DNA of 56,120 nt from Candidatus Hermodarchaeota archaeon. GTDB lineage: Archaea > Asgardarchaeota > Lokiarchaeia > Sigyniarchaeales > SOKP01. Positions 38,884 through 48,812 of this stretch are shown here, piece after piece. Position 1 is the stretch's first letter. The number at the start of each line of letters is the position of its first letter. The notes below the pieces were generated by a model that did not search any database, had not been told where the DNA came from, and worked only from the letters and a program-made list of their open reading frames with translations. The translations under genes were made by a program, and so were the position numbers. The stretch is taken from positions 3,930-60,049 of the forward strand of contig JBHLLP010000019.1 of assembly GCA_048885525.1 (NCBI GenBank). Direction: 5' to 3'.

Positions 38884-39648
38884 ATGAAAAAATTAACTGA
38901 AAAAGAAAAAAATATGAAAAATGCTGATAATAAAGAAGAGGATTCGGTAGAGACTATCATAAAGGAGGATATTGAAGATTTAGAGGATTTAACTACATTA
39001 TTCGCTGTAAGGACGACTATAAATCAAGAAAGCAATATTTTAAAGCAAATTTTTTATAGATTTAAGATTTTAGATGTAATCCCTGATATTAGAGCTATGC
39101 TCGTTTCTCCTTTGCTTCCAGGCTATCTTTTCTTTGAGGCTCCCCAGAAGAGAGATGTACAAATAGCAGTTCAAGGTATTCCCCATATTAAGGGAAGAAT
39201 TGTACAGAACATCAAATTAACTGAACTTAAGCATGTTTTATTACCAAGAAGTGTAACAGAATATCTAGAGGAAGGTGATACAGTTGAAATAATAAGTGGA
39301 GTGTTCGAAGGTTCGAGAGCCATAGTGATGCGTTTGCCCCATGACACTTCAAGTAGTGAAGAAGTTGTTGTGAGATTATTACAAGAAGAAACACCTATAA
39401 CAATAAAAATTCATGGAGATTATTTAAAATTAGTTGAAAAGAAGAAACCAATAGAAGAACCTATTCCAGAAATAAAGGTTTCTGCTGATACTATAACAGA
39501 TATTGAAAAAGCGATATCTTTTGAAGATGAACTTGAAGAATTTGAAGAGGAGATTTCAGAAGGTATTAAGAGTGAGTCTATTGAAGAATTTCTTGATGAG
39601 GAAGAGGAAGAGGAAGAAGACGAATGGGCAAAATTTGACGGCTTTTAA
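38884..39648 (+). CDS. spt5: transcription elongation factor Spt5 (NusG) with acidic extensions
   Basis: NGN domain (FAVRTTINQE, LPGYLFFEA) plus KOW (GDTVEIISGVFEG). Confidence 0.88.
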   Translation: MKKLTEKEKNMKNADNKEEDSVETIIKEDIEDLEDLTTLFAVRTTINQESNILKQIFYRFKILDVIPDIRAMLVSPLLPGYLFFEAPQKRDVQIAVQGIPHIKGRIVQNIKLTELKHVLLPRSVTEYLEEGDTVEIISGVFEGSRAIVMRLPHDTSSSEEVVVRLLQEETPITIKIHGDYLKLVEKKKPIEEPIPEIKVSADTITDIEKAISFEDELEEFEEEISEGIKSESIEEFLDEEEEEEEDEWAKFDGF

Positions 39649-39862
39649 ATTAAACCTATAGCTCTCAAAATAAAATCCTTTTAGATATATTAACTTATAT
39701 TTTTATTCTTAGAATTTGGTTATAGTGTAATTTAAGGAAATTTTTTCAAATTTTCGTAGCTTTTACATAAAGAAGCATTTTAATAAAAGAATTTTTATAG
39801 ATGGAATATTATTTATGAAATTAAAGAAGATCTTTTTCATTGAAAAAATTTCTCTGATTTAA

Positions 39863-40615
39863 ATGATAAAAAACATTTTCATAATGAAAGGAAATACTGG
39901 TGAATTAATATTCTATAAAACTTATGAAGATATTTTTAATGTTAAATTGACAAGCAGCTTTCTAAGTGCAATTTTTTCTTTTGTAAAACAAACATTAAAG
40001 ACTGAAGAATTATCTGAAATTGAAGTTGGACTTTTTAGGTTTATATTTGAAATTGAAAAAATAGGAAATGATGAATTATTATTTGCAATATTTAGTGATC
40101 GAACTGATAACCTAGTTGAACTTAGAAATCAATTGAGAGAAATTAAGAATCAATTTATTAATAAGTATGATCCTACATTACTCACTGATAATTTTAATGG
40201 AGAAATTTCAAAATTTTTCGAGTTTGAAAGAAATATAGATGAAGTAATTGAAAATCATGGACAATTAGTCTCAGATGAAATTAAAAAAGATTTATTAAAT
40301 GTTTTCAATGAATTACATACTTTTTCTTCATTTGTGGTATCCTCAGCTTTATTAACTCAAACAGGTAGAGTCATCGTTTCATCTTTAGAACCGAAAATAT
40401 TATCGGAAATTGTTAGACTTTTAGAAGGACGATTCATATCAGGAAATTTTAGGGTTAATGAACTTATCTCTCTAGAAAATTTTGGTGTACTTTCTTTAGT
40501 AGGAATCGATGAACATTTCATTTCTGTGATCCAATTTAAGAGTAATTGTCCCTTCGAAACAGGATTAATTATCTCCAAAAAGTTATCGAATAGGATACAG
40601 AAATTGATTTTTTGA
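39863..40615 (+). CDS. longin-like + roadblock-like domain protein
   Basis: N-terminal IKNIFIM..TGELIF...LTSSFLSAIFSF (longin-like); C-terminal SSALLTQTGRVIVSSL...GLI (roadblock-like). Confidence 0.65.
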   Translation: MIKNIFIMKGNTGELIFYKTYEDIFNVKLTSSFLSAIFSFVKQTLKTEELSEIEVGLFRFIFEIEKIGNDELLFAIFSDRTDNLVELRNQLREIKNQFINKYDPTLLTDNFNGEISKFFEFERNIDEVIENHGQLVSDEIKKDLLNVFNELHTFSSFVVSSALLTQTGRVIVSSLEPKILSEIVRLLEGRFISGNFRVNELISLENFGVLSLVGIDEHFISVIQFKSNCPFETGLIISKKLSNRIQKLIF

Positions 40616-40802
40616 AATTTGTAAGATTGAGTTTACAAAAATCGATCATTATTACTTATTTCATAAAAAGACTTTTTAAAAAAAATTGTAATATTTTTAA
40701 TATCGTAAATTCGTTTTCCAAAAATTAAAAAGTTAATGCACTTTTTCCCTAGTATAATTAATTATTATAAAAATTTTAATTATTAAAAGGGGGGTATAAA
40801 TA

Positions 40803-42086
40803 ATGTCTAAGTTTTTGAATCAAGCTATTAATGATGAAATTCTCTCTAAACTGAGTTTAAAGAACCGATATTCGTTTGTAAACAATAATTTAATGGCTAT
40901 ATTGTCTCCTGACCAATTTAATTATCTGAAAAAAGTTCAAAAATTCTGTATGAGATTTGAAAAGAAAAATAATATCACTCATGGTCCAGGAGAAGATGTA
41001 TATGATTGGATTCCCGCATTTGGAGCTGAAGGTTATATCACAAGAGCTCATAATTTTGATATGATCGATGTTGTTTATGAAGAATTTGGTGCTACAGCAG
41101 ATTTCCTTAGATATCTTGCTGTAGATAATTTCGATCCTCAGTTTGCAATGGGAAGTGGAGCCACAGTGTTAGCGATTAACCCGATATATGAACATCATGA
41201 AAATATTCCTGCAAGACTTGAAGCGTTAAAGGATTTAGTTACAGGTCAAGCAGCTGGATGTATATGTATTACTGAGCCAGAAAGAGGTTCTGATGCTGTA
41301 CATCAATTAACTATCTGCGATGAACAGGAAGATGGCTCATTCATATTAAATGGTGAAAAAATCTATAATACAAATGCTCCCAAATCGAAATGGGCTGTTG
41401 TATATGCCACAGCTGAAAAAAACAATGGAAACTTAATGGCACAATTTCTTGTTAATACTTCATGGGAAGGATGGAAGTGTGATCGAGTGTATATCCCATA
41501 CGTTGAAAAATTATATCTTGGTCATGAACATTTAGAAAACCTAAGAGTTCCAGAAGAATATATACTTGGACCAGTAGGTAAGGGAAGAGAACACCTTTTT
41601 GAGGGACTTGTGCTTGAACGAATTGGTATTGCGTGTGGTGCCATTGCTCAATGCTGGGGAGCTGTTTCTCATGCTGCCATTTATGCTAACATGAGAAAAC
41701 AATTTAATCAAGAGATTTTGAAGTTTCAAGGAGTTGGATTTCTTCTAACAGATCTCTGGGCAAAAACTACTAATTTAACTTTAGGTTTACTTAAGTTCTG
41801 CGAGGAATATGATAAGAAAATGGAAAAGTTCGAAGGTCATATCCCAGCCAATATTTCCAGAGCATTAGTTGCTTCAGCAAGTCAATTCAAATATCATTGT
41901 ACAAATCTCTCTAAACAAATTTGCTATGAAGCAGCTAATTTAATGGGTGGTGCAGGGCTATCAGATAACACTTTAATGCAAGATTATGTAAATATTTCGA
42001 GAATCCAGGAAATTGTTGGAGGAAGTAGGCAAATTCAACAATATATTATGAGCATGGCTCTAAGACAATTGTTTAAAATGCTCTAA
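40803..42086 (+). CDS. acyl-CoA dehydrogenase family (paralogue 1)
   Basis: ITEPERGSDA, LNGEKIYNTN, RKQF, FQGV, MGGAG, EIVGG. Confidence 0.92.
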   Translation: MSKFLNQAINDEILSKLSLKNRYSFVNNNLMAILSPDQFNYLKKVQKFCMRFEKKNNITHGPGEDVYDWIPAFGAEGYITRAHNFDMIDVVYEEFGATADFLRYLAVDNFDPQFAMGSGATVLAINPIYEHHENIPARLEALKDLVTGQAAGCICITEPERGSDAVHQLTICDEQEDGSFILNGEKIYNTNAPKSKWAVVYATAEKNNGNLMAQFLVNTSWEGWKCDRVYIPYVEKLYLGHEHLENLRVPEEYILGPVGKGREHLFEGLVLERIGIACGAIAQCWGAVSHAAIYANMRKQFNQEILKFQGVGFLLTDLWAKTTNLTLGLLKFCEEYDKKMEKFEGHIPANISRALVASASQFKYHCTNLSKQICYEAANLMGGAGLSDNTLMQDYVNISRIQEIVGGSRQIQQYIMSMALRQLFKML

Positions 42087-44679
42087 ATCTAATTTTTTTT
42101 CTTTACTTTTTCATTTATATCAATTTGGAATTAAAGTATAAAACTCTTTTAATTCTTATATTATTATTATAATTTAACTTAAGTACAACTAATTATAAAT
42201 ATTTAAAAAATAAAAGTCTTTAAAAATGGAAGATTTACTTAAAATTGCTAAAAATGCATTTCCACCCGTATCGGGATCGGAAAAATTAAAGGGAATAAAA
42301 GAAGAGGTTGAAATCCTCTGGGATAATTGGGGAATCCCTCATGTTTATGCAAAATCATTGACTGATGTATATTTTACTCAAGGTTATCTCCACTCAAGAC
42401 ATAGATTATGGCAAATGGAAACGTTTAGGCGTTTAATATCTGGTGAATTGTCAGAACTCACAGGAGAAGCAACACTTTTGAGTGATAAATATTATAGAAC
42501 ACTTGGACTACATCGGTTAGCAAAAAAATGTACAGCGAATTTAGAAAAAATTAAAGATTCTGAAGAATATTATTGGATAAATGCTTATATAAACGGTGTA
42601 AATGTTGGTATAAAGGAAGCTCAAAAAATCCCTCCAATTGAATTTTCAATCTTAAATATTAAACCCCGCGAATGGTTAATCGAAGATTCTTTTAAAATAA
42701 TTAGTATGATGGAATGGGGTTTAAGTAGTTGGAACTTTCCTTTAGAAGTAATACGTGAGCATTTAATAATAAAACTAGGACTTGAAAAGGCTAAACAGTT
42801 CATTCCATTTTTTCCAGAGACATTTGTTAAAGAATCTAAGGGAAGTAATGCATGGGCAGTTAGTCCTAATAAATCTAAATCAGGAGCAGTTTTATTAGCA
42901 AATGATCCTCATCTTGCTTTAATGAATCCAGCTATATGGTTTTTAGTACACTTAAACTGTCCAGAAATGAATGTAATTGGTACATCTCTAGCTGGTTTAC
43001 CTATGGTTGTTATAGGGCATAATGAAAATATAGCATGGGGTTTAACTAATGTGACTGCTGATACAATAGATCTATTTGAATTGGAGTTAAATCCAGAAAA
43101 TCAGAATCAATATAAATATAATGGAGAATGGATAGACTTTGAGGTAATTACAGAGCAAATCTCTGTTCAAGATAAATCTGAACCAATTATGCATAAAGTC
43201 TTAATATCAAAATTTGGTCCAGTTGTGGATTATTTTGATAAGAATCAAAGATATTACAAGTTTAATCTCCCAGGTAAATATGCTTTGCGTTGGTCAAGTT
43301 TTGAACCAGATCTCCAGAAAAATATTACGGGTTTTATTTACATTAATAAAGCTTCAAATTGGCAAGAATTTAGAGATGGAATCAAACATATAACAATTAA
43401 CCCTCAAAACTTTATTTACGGTGATTTAAATGGGAATATTGGACATCAACATGGTGGAAGAATTCCTGTAAGAAACTATGGAGATGGTGCTACAATAACT
43501 CCCGGTATAGATGAAAAATGTAATTGGAAGAGTCTATCCACGTTTGATCAGTTTTTCTCCCGATATAATCCCAAGGAAGGTTTTGTTTATACCGCTAATT
43601 TTAACGAAGATAAGGCTCCAAATGGACTATTGATAGCACAAGATAGGATAGAACCATATAGACAAATTAGATTAAAAAAGTTAATGCAATCAAAAGACAA
43701 ATTTTCAATAGAGGATTTTAAGAATTTTCAACTTGATAGGTATACTGAAGAAGCTGCCGAATTATTGCCTATTATGTTAAAACATCTAAAATCTACTAAA
43801 AAATCGGATGAATACTCAAATTTTATATCAATTTTGGAAGAATGGGATTACTTTTTAACCAAAAATAGTATTGCCGGCACTATTTTTAAAATATGGCACC
43901 AAGAAACACTTGAATTGATTTTAGCTTCTATACTAGGGGAAGAATTACTAAAGCTTTTTTGTGGAAGTCGCCCATTTAATTTAAAGAGAATTATCGACTC
44001 ATATCAAGAAAATTTAAATGAATTAGAAGATATCTTGCTTAAATCATTTAAAAATACAATTAGTTTTCTAATAGATAAATTATCATCAGATTATAAAAAG
44101 TGGCAGTGGGGAAATCTACATAAACTTACACTTACTCATCCATTTTCACTCGTTAATAAAGAAGCCAAGGTGTTAAATGCAGGTCCTTTTAAACTTGGCG
44201 GTGATGAAAATACACTTAATAATGGATCTTATGATCGTTTAAGTAATTATGATGTTATTGTTGGACCCTCCTATCGTCAAATACATGACCTGTCCGATTG
44301 GGATAAATCTATTGGTGCTTTACCAGGGGGACAATCAGGTTTGCCGTTTCATAAACACTACAAAGACTTAATAAAACTATGGGTAAAAGGTACTTATATT
44401 CCCTACCTATTTAGCCGAGAAGCGATTTCAGATAATTTGGAAGGATTTTTCAAATTAATACCAGAATAAAAAGAAAAATAAAAAATTTAATTATTTTTAC
44501 ATATTTTTTTATGAAACAGACATTTTATACAAAGTTCTAAGTGATAAACTCATAATATATTGTTGAATTTGCCTACTTCCTCCAACAATTTCCTGGATTC
44601 TCGAAATATTTACATAATCTTGCATTAAAGTGTTATCTGATAGCCCTGCACCACCCATTAAATTAGCTGCTTCATAGCA
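41922..44679. repeat. 131-bp perfect inverted repeat (41922-42052 / 44549-44679)
   Basis: Base-for-base reverse-complement identity within the 3' ends of two convergent ACAD paralogues. Confidence 0.9.
42226..44469 (+). CDS. penicillin acylase family Ntn-hydrolase (S45)
   Basis: DNWGIPHVYA, RLWQME, GSNAW autoprocessing site, LANDPHL, QNFIYGD, PGGQSG. Confidence 0.92.
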   Translation: MEDLLKIAKNAFPPVSGSEKLKGIKEEVEILWDNWGIPHVYAKSLTDVYFTQGYLHSRHRLWQMETFRRLISGELSELTGEATLLSDKYYRTLGLHRLAKKCTANLEKIKDSEEYYWINAYINGVNVGIKEAQKIPPIEFSILNIKPREWLIEDSFKIISMMEWGLSSWNFPLEVIREHLIIKLGLEKAKQFIPFFPETFVKESKGSNAWAVSPNKSKSGAVLLANDPHLALMNPAIWFLVHLNCPEMNVIGTSLAGLPMVVIGHNENIAWGLTNVTADTIDLFELELNPENQNQYKYNGEWIDFEVITEQISVQDKSEPIMHKVLISKFGPVVDYFDKNQRYYKFNLPGKYALRWSSFEPDLQKNITGFIYINKASNWQEFRDGIKHITINPQNFIYGDLNGNIGHQHGGRIPVRNYGDGATITPGIDEKCNWKSLSTFDQFFSRYNPKEGFVYTANFNEDKAPNGLLIAQDRIEPYRQIRLKKLMQSKDKFSIEDFKNFQLDRYTEEAAELLPIMLKHLKSTKKSDEYSNFISILEEWDYFLTKNSIAGTIFKIWHQETLELILASILGEELLKLFCGSRPFNLKRIIDSYQENLNELEDILLKSFKNTISFLIDKLSSDYKKWQWGNLHKLTLTHPFSLVNKEAKVLNAGPFKLGGDENTLNNGSYDRLSNYDVIVGPSYRQIHDLSDWDKSIGALPGGQSGLPFHKHYKDLIKLWVKGTYIPYLFSREAISDNLEGFFKLIPE

Positions 44680-45816
44680 TACTTCTTTTGAAAGTGCGGT
44701 AGCTTGATATTTAAATTGACTTGCAGAGGCGACCATTGCTTGAGAAATGTTTCTTGGAATGTTACCTTCAAATTTCTTAAATTTCTCATCGAATCCTTCA
44801 CAGAATTTTAGAAGTCCAAATGTGAGATTTGTGGTTTTAGCCCAGATATCTGCCAGCAAGAATCCCACTCCCTGAAACTTCAAAATCTCTTGGTCAAATT
44901 GCTTTCTCAGGTTAGCATAAATTACTGCATGTGAAATCGCACCCCAACATTGACCAATAGCACCATACGCAATCGCGATTCTTTCTGGTACCAAGCCTTC
45001 AAATAAATGTTCTCTTCCTTTTCCTACGGGGCCTAATATGTATTCCTTTGGTACCTTTAAATTGGTGAATTTCTCTTTTCCTAACCAAACTTTAGGAGTC
45101 CAAGGTATTCCAACCCGCTCGCAACTCCATCCTTCCCAATTTGTATTTATTAAGAATTGTGCCATCATGTTTCCATTATTTTTTTCTGCGGTGGCATAAG
45201 CAACCACCCATTTTGATTTGGGAGCATTTGTATTAAAAACTTTTTCTCCATTCAAAATAAATGAGCCATCCTCCTGCTCATCGCAAGTAGTTAGTTGATG
45301 AACCGCATCGGAGCCTCTTTCAGGTTCTGTAATAAGAATTGCTCCAGGGGTCTTTCCAGTAACTAATTCTTTTAAAGCGTCTAGCCGTACCGTAACATTT
45401 TCATGATGCTCATATATAGGATTAATTGCTAAAACTGTTGCACCACCTGCCATAGAAAATTGAGGGTCAAAGTTATCAATTGCAATCGTGCGTAACATAT
45501 CTGCTGCTAACCCCCATTCTGGATAATTTAAATCAATCATTTCAAACGCATGTTGTCGAGTGATATATCCCTCTTCTCCAAATGCAGGAATCCAACTATA
45601 TACATCTTCTTCAGGTCCGTGAGTGATCTCATTTTTTTTCTCAAATCTTAGACAAAATCGCTGAACTTTACGAAAAAAGTTAAATTCTTCTTGAGATAAC
45701 AATGGTGTTAAATTATTATTAACAAAAGCATATCGGTTTTTAAGGTTTAACTTCTCAAGAATCTCATCATTTATTACTTGTGTATCAAATCTTCGTTTTT
45801 CAGACATTTTATTCAT
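44509..45816 (-). CDS. acyl-CoA dehydrogenase family (paralogue 2)
   Basis: Same motifs as 40803. Confidence 0.92.
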   Translation of the reverse strand: MNKMSEKRRFDTQVINDEILEKLNLKNRYAFVNNNLTPLLSQEEFNFFRKVQRFCLRFEKKNEITHGPEEDVYSWIPAFGEEGYITRQHAFEMIDLNYPEWGLAADMLRTIAIDNFDPQFSMAGGATVLAINPIYEHHENVTVRLDALKELVTGKTPGAILITEPERGSDAVHQLTTCDEQEDGSFILNGEKVFNTNAPKSKWVVAYATAEKNNGNMMAQFLINTNWEGWSCERVGIPWTPKVWLGKEKFTNLKVPKEYILGPVGKGREHLFEGLVPERIAIAYGAIGQCWGAISHAVIYANLRKQFDQEILKFQGVGFLLADIWAKTTNLTFGLLKFCEGFDEKFKKFEGNIPRNISQAMVASASQFKYQATALSKEVCYEAANLMGGAGLSDNTLMQDYVNISRIQEIVGGSRQIQQYIMSLSLRTLYKMSVS

Positions 45817-45977
45817 CTCTTAATCAAATTATTTTAATTTGAATTTTTAGAATGGAATTTGATTTTAATAATTACTTTATATTCCATAATAAGGTTCGTT
45901 CAAAATCCTTAAATAATTTTATTTTCGAAAAATAGAAAAAAAACAAACAAAATAGAATATTATACAAATAAAAATAA

Positions 45978-47279
45978 TTGAAGTATATGAAAATGAAAAA
46001 ACGATTTAAAACCCAAGTTATAAATGATGAGATTTTAGAAAAATTAAATCTAAAGAATAGATATAAATTTGTAAATGACAACCTAAGTGTAATCCTTAAT
46101 GATAAGCAATTTTCTTTTCTTACACAAGTTCAAGAGTTCTGTGTAAATTATGAAATTAAGAATAATATAACGCATGGACCAGATGAGGACATTTATGATT
46201 GGTATTCTGATTTTGGAAAAGAAGGTTATATCACCCGTCAAACTCCTTATGAATGCATTGACTTAAATTACGAAAATTATGGTATGGCTATTGAATTTAT
46301 GAGAATTCTTGCACTTGATAATTTTGATCCTCAATTTGCTATGGGGAGTGGAGCAACTGTAATATGTATCAATCCAATTTATGCTCATCATGAAAATATT
46401 CCTTGTAGGTTAGAAGCGTTAAAGGAACTTGTTACAGGTAAAGAAGTAGGTTGTTTATTGATAACAGAACCTGAAAGAGGCTCCGATGCGGTTCACCAAC
46501 TAACTACTTGCGATGAGCAGGAAGATGGCTCATTTATATTAAATGGTACTAAAATATTTAACACAAATGCACCAAAATCAAAGTGGGCTGTTGCCTATGC
46601 AACCGCAGAAAAGAATCAGGGAAATTTAATGGGTCAATTCTTGATTAATACAAATTGGGAAGGGTGGAATTGTGAACGTGTAGGAATACCGTGGACTCCA
46701 AAGTTGTATATAGGGAAAGAGCTCATTGAAAATCTAAGAGTTCCAGAAGATTACATATTAGGAGGAATAGGGAAGGGAAGAGAGCATTTATTTGAAGGTT
46801 TGATTCCTGAAAGAATTGCTATTGCCGTAAGATGTATAAGCTCATGTTGGGGTGCTTTAGCGCATGCAGTAATCTATGCTAATATGAGAAAACAATTCGA
46901 AAAAGAAATTTTGCTGTTTCAGGGAGTAGGATTTTCATTAGCTGACTTATGGGCTAAAATAACAGCATTAACTCATGGAGTTTTAAAGTTCGCAGAAATA
47001 TATGATGAAAAACATAAAAAATATAACGGTAAACTTCCTGATCCAATCAATCAATCGATGGTCTCCTCAGCAAGTCAGTATAAATATAACTGTGCAAATT
47101 TAGCTAAAAAAGCATGTTTTGAAACCGCTAATCTGATGGCTGGAGCGGGTGTATGTGACAATACATTGATGAATGATTACATTAATATCTCACGGATATT
47201 GGAAGTTGTGGGGGGTACGAAACAGGTGCAACAGCTTATTATGAGTAGAGGATTGCGTAGACTTTTTAAAGGTTTATAG
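45978..47279 (+). CDS. acyl-CoA dehydrogenase family (paralogue 3)
   Basis: Same motifs; start probably ATG at 45987 or 45993. Confidence 0.92.
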   Translation: MKYMKMKKRFKTQVINDEILEKLNLKNRYKFVNDNLSVILNDKQFSFLTQVQEFCVNYEIKNNITHGPDEDIYDWYSDFGKEGYITRQTPYECIDLNYENYGMAIEFMRILALDNFDPQFAMGSGATVICINPIYAHHENIPCRLEALKELVTGKEVGCLLITEPERGSDAVHQLTTCDEQEDGSFILNGTKIFNTNAPKSKWAVAYATAEKNQGNLMGQFLINTNWEGWNCERVGIPWTPKLYIGKELIENLRVPEDYILGGIGKGREHLFEGLIPERIAIAVRCISSCWGALAHAVIYANMRKQFEKEILLFQGVGFSLADLWAKITALTHGVLKFAEIYDEKHKKYNGKLPDPINQSMVSSASQYKYNCANLAKKACFETANLMAGAGVCDNTLMNDYINISRILEVVGGTKQVQQLIMSRGLRRLFKGL

Positions 47280-47442
47280 AGATTATAAACGTTATTGAAT
47301 TATTGAAGATCTAGGCTGATTTAGAATTTCATCGCTTTATGAACTGTAAGATCCAGCTTTAAAAACCTATAAAGAAAAAGTAAAAATGTATAAGATATAT
47401 AAGAAAGAAAAGAAAGTTTTTTAATCATCTAAAGGGGAGATC

Positions 47443-47655
47443 TTATTCATCATCTTCTTCTTCTCCCAACAAAACCTCTATTTTATTTTCGAGATCTTCA
47501 ATTTTCTGTTCAAGCGCTTCAATTTTTTTATTAGTTTCACATGTTGCGCATCCATCATCTTCGTCACATTGTGGAAGCGTATCACAGACCTCTTGAAGTT
47601 CATCCATTTCTTCTAATAATTTATCAACTTCATCTTGTAATTCATCAATACTCAA
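47443..47655 (-). CDS. small acidic coiled-coil protein with central 4-Cys knot
   Basis: Heptad helix - CDTLPQCDEDDGCATC - heptad helix; TTG 47655 follows AGGTG. Confidence 0.65.
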   Translation of the reverse strand: MSIDELQDEVDKLLEEMDELQEVCDTLPQCDEDDGCATCETNKKIEALEQKIEDLENKIEVLLGEEEDDE

Positions 47656-47776
47656 ATTTAACACCTTAATTTTTTTAAGATAATAAGGATACGATTATTT
47701 AATTTTTTTTTGGTTTAAATACTTAAATTAATAAGGGACTAATGTTTTAAATAATTTTTAACTTATTCTAGAAATA

Positions 47777-48772
47777 ATGGTAGTGCAAAAAGATTTTGTA
47801 GAATTAATCAAAAATTTAACCGACAAATCTACTTTAGAACGAGCAGAATCAATTTCAAATAAGTGTATAAGGATTTTAAAGATAGATAAAGAAATTGGTT
47901 TGATTGAAGCAGAAGTACAAGGTAATAAATTATTTCCATACAAATTTAATTTTAACATTTCTCAAAAAAATCTATATGATGTTATATATCATAATTGTCC
48001 AGATTATTTAGCACGAAAGAAGCCAAATAACAAATTTTGTAAGCATATTATAAAAGTCTTTAATCTTTTAAACAATCAAGATTCAGAGTTTATACATGGT
48101 TTATTGCAAGAATTTGATTCTAAAATATCTAAAAATAATCAAGATAAAAAAATTGATTTACATGATTTTAATCATTTTGTTAACAAGGATCTTAAAAACC
48201 AACTAGATTTTGATTATAAAGGATTTAATTTCTTTTTTGACATTACTAAATTAAAGAATTCTGCGAAAAATTGTTTAAAAGAAATTTTAATTGAAGCAAA
48301 GAGATTACCTGCAGCTTTAAAAGGATTTCATGGAGGTTATGAAGGAGGATTATTTGATCATATTTTATTGGTGACAAATTATGCGTATAAATTAAGTAAA
48401 TCTATAGAATACAACGTTGACGTTAAAAAAGCAGTCTTAACTGCTATCTATCATGATTTTGGCAAGATCTCATATTATTCTATTAAAAGAAACAATATTG
48501 CTTCAAAAATAGCGGTAGATCGGGAAGAATTAGATATAATAAATGAAGACATTGTAAGAAAGTTTAATTATGAGGGAAGAGATTATCACGTTGAAGAGGC
48601 ACTAGCAATCATTAAAAGAAACAGTCATATCTTATTTTTTGATGATGAGATGTATCAAGCAATAATATTCCATCATGGTCAATGGAGCAAATACTATCCA
48701 GTAGAAATGAACGAATTAGCAACATTAATACATAAAGCAGATATGATTGCAAGTCAAACTCATTTTGTATAA
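47777..48772 (+). CDS. SWIM-like Zn finger + HD-domain phosphohydrolase (YhaM-like HD)
   Basis: HNCPDY...FCKH; FHGGYEGGLFDH, YHDFGK, HHGQW, HKADMIAS. Confidence 0.75.
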   Translation: MVVQKDFVELIKNLTDKSTLERAESISNKCIRILKIDKEIGLIEAEVQGNKLFPYKFNFNISQKNLYDVIYHNCPDYLARKKPNNKFCKHIIKVFNLLNNQDSEFIHGLLQEFDSKISKNNQDKKIDLHDFNHFVNKDLKNQLDFDYKGFNFFFDITKLKNSAKNCLKEILIEAKRLPAALKGFHGGYEGGLFDHILLVTNYAYKLSKSIEYNVDVKKAVLTAIYHDFGKISYYSIKRNNIASKIAVDREELDIINEDIVRKFNYEGRDYHVEEALAIIKRNSHILFFDDEMYQAIIFHHGQWSKYYPVEMNELATLIHKADMIASQTHFV

Positions 48773-48812
48773 TCTAGATATTTTAAAATAGAAATAATAT
48801 GTAAGAGTTCAA

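Noticed and set aside
47280-47442. Possible C/D-box sRNA or SECIS element in a slightly GC-richer intergenic stretch
   Set aside because: No convincing RUGAUGA/CUGA pair or SECIS stem could be drawn, and no adjacent UGA-containing selenoprotein is evident.
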